DNA of 64,000 nt, from the NCBI GenBank assembly GCA_963805995.1, contig CAWDWL010000002.1, forward strand, positions 135,773 to 199,772, read 5' to 3'. The notes under the pieces are model-generated. The model saw only the letters and a list, made by a program, of their open reading frames with translations, had not been told where the DNA came from and made no database searches. Origin of the DNA: an uncultured Pseudomonadota bacterium (lineage in GTDB: Bacteria > Desulfobacterota > Binatia > Binatales > Binataceae). The translations under genes were made by a program, and so were the position numbers. This document shows positions 59,024 to 64,000 of this stretch, one piece after another; the stretch's first letter is position 1, and every line of letters begins with the position of its first letter.

Positions 59024-60775
59024 CTATTTGGGCCCGCCGCGCGGTTCCAGCGCATGCAGCACATCGGAATCGGTGATGATGCCGGCCGGGGTTCCGTCGG
59101 CTTTGGTGACCACTAGCAGCCGGTCGCGGCGTTCCAAAGAGAGGAGCCGTACCGCCTCCCCAAGATCCGCATCCTCGCCGATTTTCCCAACTTCGCTGCT
59201 GGCGACGTCGCCCACCAAAGTGTCGGCCCATTTTTGTGCGGGAACCTGGCTTATCTCCCACAGCGAGATCAATCCGACCGTCTCGGTACCCTTAAAAACC
59301 GGATAGACCTGATGGCGGTAGTTGTTGGCCACGTTATCGAAGAAGTCGCGCACGGTTGCCTGCGCCTGTACGCCGACGACGTGGGTCTGCATTATGTGGC
59401 GGGCCTTGATTCCGGTAGGCCCGCTGAGTTTGGCCACTTCATGCAGGCGCTGATCGGCGGAGACCGAGGCTTCGCCTGAAACCGCGTATGCGACCGCGGC
59501 TCCAATCAGGGTGGGGATGAGCAACGAGATGCCGCCGGTGGTCTCGGCCACGAAGATCACCGCCGCCAGCGGTGTCTTGTACGCCGCCGAGATGAAGGCC
59601 GCCATGCCCACCGCTGCATAAAGGTCGACGCCGGACACCTGCACGATTGACTGCCCGAACACCTTGCCGATCGAACCGCCCATCAGCAGCAACGGCACGA
59701 ACATCGCGCTGACCCCGCCAACGCCCAGACTGAAAAGCGTAGCGGCGGCCTTCAGCGCCGCAAATACCAGCAAGGTGTCGGACGCATGCGGCCGCGCCAG
59801 AATTTCCTTGACGACTTCATAATTCGGCCCCAGCGGCATCAGCGGCAGGCCCTCGTAAAGCGTGACGAACAGCAGGCCGCACAATCCCGTCGCCACTCCT
59901 CCCGCCACCATCTTTACAGTATGTGGAACCGGCGCCTTGATGGCGAAGGCGCGGAAGCGGCGGAAGGTGATCGCAAACACCATCGCCGCGAGCCCGCAAA
60001 TCACGCCCAGCAACGCCGACCACACCAGATCCATCGCGGCGAAATGGCTGCGGCCGATAAAGGCGAATAGCGGCTCGGAGCCCATCAGCGTGGCCAGCGT
60101 CGCGTATGAAACGACCGACGCAATCAGCGAGGGCAGCAGCGCCTCGTGCGCGAGGTCGTCGCGGTAGGGCATCTCCAGGGCGAAGATCAATCCGGTCAGC
60201 GGGGCGCGGAAGACCGCCGCCATGCCCGCGGCCGCGCCGCTGATGAGCATCATGCGCCGGTCGCTGGCGGTCAGTTTGACGCCCCTGACCTTGGTCCACA
60301 GCCATGATCCGATGGTGCCACCGCCGTAGATGCTGGGACCTTCAAGCGCGGCGCTGCCGCCGAATCCGACCGTGGTCGCCGCCGCCAGCAGTTTGAACCA
60401 AAAGGGATGGAAGTTTATGTCGCCCTGATGCTCGTGGTACGAGTTGATGATTTCTTCGGTCGAATGCTGGTTCGGATTGGGGGTCAGGAACTGCATGATC
60501 AGGCCGGTCAGCAGGAACCCCAAGGTCGTGAGCGGAACAATCAGCAGCGGATGGCTGTAAAAGATCGGCAGCAGGTGCGCCCACTGGTAATCGAGGATGA
60601 CGAATACGACGCCGCTTATCAGCAATCCGGTAATCACGCCGATCACCGGCGCGACCAGCAGCCATTTGTGAAGATCCCGCGAATAGACCGCGGATAGATC
60701 TTCGTGAACCAGAGCAAAATATTTGCCGCGGCGCGATTGAGTAACCTGCGCCGCCTGGCCGGATGCATTACGCAT
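59024..60775 (-). CDS. ClC-family voltage-gated chloride channel with C-terminal CBS domains
   Basis: 583 aa; multiple TM helices; …GSAALEGPSIYGG… (GxxxEGP) and …GGISLLIPTLIG… selectivity-filter-like motifs; CBS pair at C-terminus. Confidence 0.85.
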   Translation of the reverse strand: MRNASGQAAQVTQSRRGKYFALVHEDLSAVYSRDLHKWLLVAPVIGVITGLLISGVVFVILDYQWAHLLPIFYSHPLLIVPLTTLGFLLTGLIMQFLTPNPNQHSTEEIINSYHEHQGDINFHPFWFKLLAAATTVGFGGSAALEGPSIYGGGTIGSWLWTKVRGVKLTASDRRMMLISGAAAGMAAVFRAPLTGLIFALEMPYRDDLAHEALLPSLIASVVSYATLATLMGSEPLFAFIGRSHFAAMDLVWSALLGVICGLAAMVFAITFRRFRAFAIKAPVPHTVKMVAGGVATGLCGLLFVTLYEGLPLMPLGPNYEVVKEILARPHASDTLLVFAALKAAATLFSLGVGGVSAMFVPLLLMGGSIGKVFGQSIVQVSGVDLYAAVGMAAFISAAYKTPLAAVIFVAETTGGISLLIPTLIGAAVAYAVSGEASVSADQRLHEVAKLSGPTGIKARHIMQTHVVGVQAQATVRDFFDNVANNYRHQVYPVFKGTETVGLISLWEISQVPAQKWADTLVGDVASSEVGKIGEDADLGEAVRLLSLERRDRLLVVTKADGTPAGIITDSDVLHALEPRGGPK

Positions 60776-60895
60776 TGCTCACGCCCAACATTCCTCCTCG
60801 CCTCAAGTTTCGTTACCGCAAGCTTACGGCTATCCATCTCCGATCACCAAAGCAATGGGCGTTTGAGATATGCTGAGGTTGGGAGGATTCCGACC

Positions 60896-62398
60896 ATGGA
60901 AGCGTCCAACCGGCGCATCGATGAGACGCGCCGTTACCATGAAGTGACCAAGCATTCCTACACCAGCGTGCGCACCGATGGACACGTTCTGGATTGGGAC
61001 AATCGGCCTTTCCCGTTCAAGATCTATCCCCATGCGGCGGCCCTTACTTTGCCCCGAGACCTGCAGCTGTCATCGAGTTCGACCCTTGAGGCGATTGGCG
61101 AAACCGCGGCCGCGTCCGCCCAGACCGCGCTTGACCTCGAGCGCCTGACGCGAGTCCTGTTCTGCGCCGCCGGTCTGACCCGCAAGCGCCGGGTCGGGAT
61201 GGAGGATTACCATTTTCGCGCGGCGGCCTCGGCGGGCGCGCTTTATCCGATCGAGATCTACCTGGCCGGAAGTTCTGACGTGGCGGGTCTGGAGACCGGC
61301 CTCTATCATTTCTCACCCGCCGACCTGACCCTGCGCGGCCTGCGGCGCGGCGACTGGCGGGGGCTTTTGGCGCGGGCGTGTGCGATGCGTCCATCGATCG
61401 CGCAAGCGCGCGCGGTGGTGATTCTGAGCGCGATCTTCTGGCGCAGCGCGTGGAAATATCGGGCGCGATGCTACCGCTATTGTTTCTGGGATGCGGGCAC
61501 GATCATCGCCAATCTGCTGGCCGCGGCCAACGCTGAGGGTCTGCAGACCGATCTGGTGGTGAACTTTGCCGATGCCGAAATCGAGCGGTTGCTCGGAGTG
61601 GATGGCGAGCGCGAGGGCCCCCTGTGTCTGCTCGCGCTCGGACGCGCAACGCCCTGCCGGGCCGAAGTCGCACAGGCCGCCCCGCTCGAACTTGAAACCG
61701 TGCCGCTTTCGATGGCAGAGAAATCCTATCCGGATCTGGTGCGGATGCATCAGGCGTCCAAACTACTCGACGCCGATGAGGTCGGGGCGATCGATGCCGC
61801 CGTTACGGCGGGCCAGGAAGCCGGCCAGGATAGCGGTGTCGATGCGCCGCTCTCCGGGGTCAAATGCCTCGGACTGGGCGAGACCATTGTGCGCCGCGGT
61901 TCGACCCGGCAATTTGCTCAGGAACCAATCACCGCCGAAGAATTGGCGGCGATTCTGGATCGGTCAAGCGGCCATCCCCGATGCGATTTTCCGCCCCTGA
62001 GCGATACTTATCTGATCGTTAACGCAGTCAGCGGGCTGCCCTCCGGAGCCTACTATTATTCACGTCCACGGCGCGCCCTGGAGTTATTGAAGCCGGGAGA
62101 TTTCCGCGGCAACGCCGGTTATCTATGCCTGGAGCAGCCACTGGGCGCCGATTGCGCCGTGCTGATCTGCTATATGGCCAGCTTTGATTTCCTGCTCGAT
62201 ACCATGGGTAACCGCGGCTATCGGGCGGCTCAACTCGAAGCGGGGCTTCACGGCGGCCGAGCATACCTGGCCGCCTACGCCATGGAGCGCGGAGCCACGG
62301 GCCTTACTTTCTTTGATGATGACACGGTCGAATTCTTCAGTCCTCATGCCGCTGGGAAGATTCCCCTGCTGATGGTGGCCGTGGGAGTTCCCGCCTGA
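60896..62398 (+). CDS. tandem-domain SagB-type (nitroreductase-fold) dehydrogenase, 500 aa
   Basis: Start MEASNRRIDETRRYHEVTKHSY (YHE.TKH signature of the SagB-type domain) preceded by GGGAGGA; second nitroreductase-like half from about aa 320; no YcaO or precursor nearby. Confidence 0.8.
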   Translation: MEASNRRIDETRRYHEVTKHSYTSVRTDGHVLDWDNRPFPFKIYPHAAALTLPRDLQLSSSSTLEAIGETAAASAQTALDLERLTRVLFCAAGLTRKRRVGMEDYHFRAAASAGALYPIEIYLAGSSDVAGLETGLYHFSPADLTLRGLRRGDWRGLLARACAMRPSIAQARAVVILSAIFWRSAWKYRARCYRYCFWDAGTIIANLLAAANAEGLQTDLVVNFADAEIERLLGVDGEREGPLCLLALGRATPCRAEVAQAAPLELETVPLSMAEKSYPDLVRMHQASKLLDADEVGAIDAAVTAGQEAGQDSGVDAPLSGVKCLGLGETIVRRGSTRQFAQEPITAEELAAILDRSSGHPRCDFPPLSDTYLIVNAVSGLPSGAYYYSRPRRALELLKPGDFRGNAGYLCLEQPLGADCAVLICYMASFDFLLDTMGNRGYRAAQLEAGLHGGRAYLAAYAMERGATGLTFFDDDTVEFFSPHAAGKIPLLMVAVGVPA

Positions 62399-62463
62399 TC
62401 AGGAGTGGAGCGCGGGAAGAGTGGCAAGGGGTTTGCTGACGGTCATTCAAGAGACCTGAAGGA

Positions 62464-62736
62464 TTGGGCAAGGATTTGGTACCCATAGCGGTAGTTCCCC
62501 AGCTATTCAGGCCGGTTCATCCCCGGCCGATTCAACCCGTACGGACCAGCGAGGTGCTGATCGCGCTGGCGGTAATCGGTGCGATGGCACTGCTGCTAAC
62601 CGGCGGATTCGTGCTCGGACGCATGGAGTCCCGGCGCAAGGCGCGCAGCCGTATCAAGGGCACCGTCAACCAGCGGGTCGGCAGCCGGAAGGCCGCGGAT
62701 GCGCGGCGCAAACTGCGCCTGGTAAAGAGACCGTAG
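62464..62736 (+). CDS. hypothetical small protein with one predicted TM helix and a basic C-terminus (weak call)
   Basis: ORF only; no RBS or family support. Confidence 0.25.
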   Translation: MGKDLVPIAVVPQLFRPVHPRPIQPVRTSEVLIALAVIGAMALLLTGGFVLGRMESRRKARSRIKGTVNQRVGSRKAADARRKLRLVKRP

Positions 62737-62940
62737 CTCTACGACTAACGGGCTAGGTCAATCGTTTTAGTTCAAGCAACTTTGGTCATTTCGATGCTCA
62801 ATCCATGGGCAGTTGCCCACCTGTTGAGCGCTCCCCCCGGTTGAACATGCTTCATTCTGCAATGTTGTTGCAAAATAAAACCGGCACCATTCTTGCCATT
62901 GAAGCGCGTCGTCCTGATTCGCCAGGCGCCTAAATGGAGG

Positions 62941-64000
62941 ATCGAAAAGAATGGCTGATGAACAACCAAAGATGATTCCAACCTTGGGTCTGACCGGAGT
63001 CACGGTCAACGCGATGGCGTTGATCGCGCCCGGCGCCTTTCTGTGGATCACGTTCGTTCTTCAGGCTGGATACGTGTTTCCATCCGGCTTGGCCATGTGG
63101 TTTGGAATTTTAGTCGCGCTGTCGCTGGCCTACGCCACGGCAATCTCGTATGCCGAACTGGCCAAATTGTATCCCGGCGCCGGCAGTTCGTACCTGTTCG
63201 CCGAACAGGCATTCTTGGGCAAGACCCACGCGTACCGGTTTGCTCGAATCGCCAAGTTCATCATCGGATGGGCTTCGCATCTTTACTACTGGGTGTATCC
63301 CGCTGTGATGGTGGCGACGATGGGCGTCATGGTCGGCTACATCGTCGGCAATATCTTCCCCAACACCATCAACCCCGGCACTCCGGGGCCGCTTTTTATG
63401 GCCCTGATCGCGATCATCTTTTCCTATTTCGTCGCGTTTATCGCCTATCGCGGGGTCAGCGGCTCGACCAATGTCAATATCGCGATCAACGCGATTCAGA
63501 TCGCTGCGCTCCTGTTCTTCTCCGCCCTCGCGATCGCGTATCGAATCTCGCATCCTGAAGGTTCCGCCGGGCTGGCGCTGGACTCCGCGGGCAACGTGAT
63601 AAAGACCGTCGTCCATTACAGCTCGACGGGAGACAGTCCCGCGCATACCAGCGCCTTGTCGGTCATCGCGCCGCATCGCTTCGACTGGGTGATGCTCCAG
63701 GCGACGATCGCGATTCTGCTACTGGTGGGCTTTGAATCAGTCACGGCACTGGGCGAAGAAGCCAAGAACCCCAAGAAGGATATTCCCCGCGGCGTGCTGC
63801 TGTCGCTGACCATCCAAGGCCTCATCTGCTACATGTTCGAGTACTTCGCGGCCAATTATTTCCTCAACAGCGGTTACAGCCTGGCGGCCGCCAAGGGGTC
63901 CGCGGCGCCAATCGGCGACATGATGGTGATCGTCGGCAATGCCTTGTTGGGTGGACATGGTCAAGCCTTCATGTTGATCGAGGCCTTCACCGTGTTCCTG
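62941..64000 (+). CDS. APC-superfamily amino acid/polyamine permease, N-terminal 353 aa (continues past window end)
   Basis: ATG at 62941 preceded by TGGAGGA; hand translation MADEQPKMIPTLGLTGVTVNAMALIAPGAFLWITFVLQAGYVFPSGLAMWFGILVALSLAYATAISYAELAKLYPGAGSSYLFAEQAF… with many TM helices; no stop before position 64000 (absent from the ORF track for that reason). Confidence 0.8.

Overview
High-GC (roughly 63-66% by eye) bacterial chromosomal segment, densely coded on both strands. Conserved housekeeping blocks: (i) rpsF, a PriB/SSB-like OB-fold gene, rpsR, a DUF2232 membrane protein and rplI (minus strand, 324-3055); (ii) purine biosynthesis, with purC-purS-purQ-purL-purF on the minus strand (6410-11811), two tandem cysteine-rich paralogs directly after purF, and purB plus dut further on; (iii) assimilatory sulfate reduction (sulfite reductase, APS/PAPS reductase, an unknown ORF) opposite an Rrf2 regulator; (iv) SRP RNA, dnaX, ybaB and recR (minus strand, 48176-51386); (v) agmatine deiminase plus N-carbamoylputrescine amidase and, separately, an agmatinase. 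Accessory content between these blocks: four amidohydrolase-2 (PF04909-type) paralogs (two of them adjacent) plus a BKACE/Kce enzyme; a degenerate tandem-repeat array that has truncated a SAM-methyltransferase gene beside two GT4 glycosyltransferases; a lower-GC islet carrying a DUF2442-HTH fusion gene; a two-P450 / aminotransferase / F420-type LLM oxidoreductase / enoyl-CoA hydratase / KstD-like flavoprotein cluster of unknown pathway; an ArsR-SRPBCC pair; a zf-CGNR regulator; a glycogen debranching enzyme; a ClC channel; a tandem-domain SagB-type dehydrogenase with no RiPP partners; and a partial APC permease at the window end. Two otherwise intact genes (purQ and one amidohydrolase) carry apparent single-nucleotide frameshifts. 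No CRISPR array, rRNA or convincing tRNA was seen; the only RNA gene I can support is the SRP RNA upstream of dnaX. All calls come from reading the six-frame translations and the DNA by eye; family names are recalled from known motifs, not from database searches.
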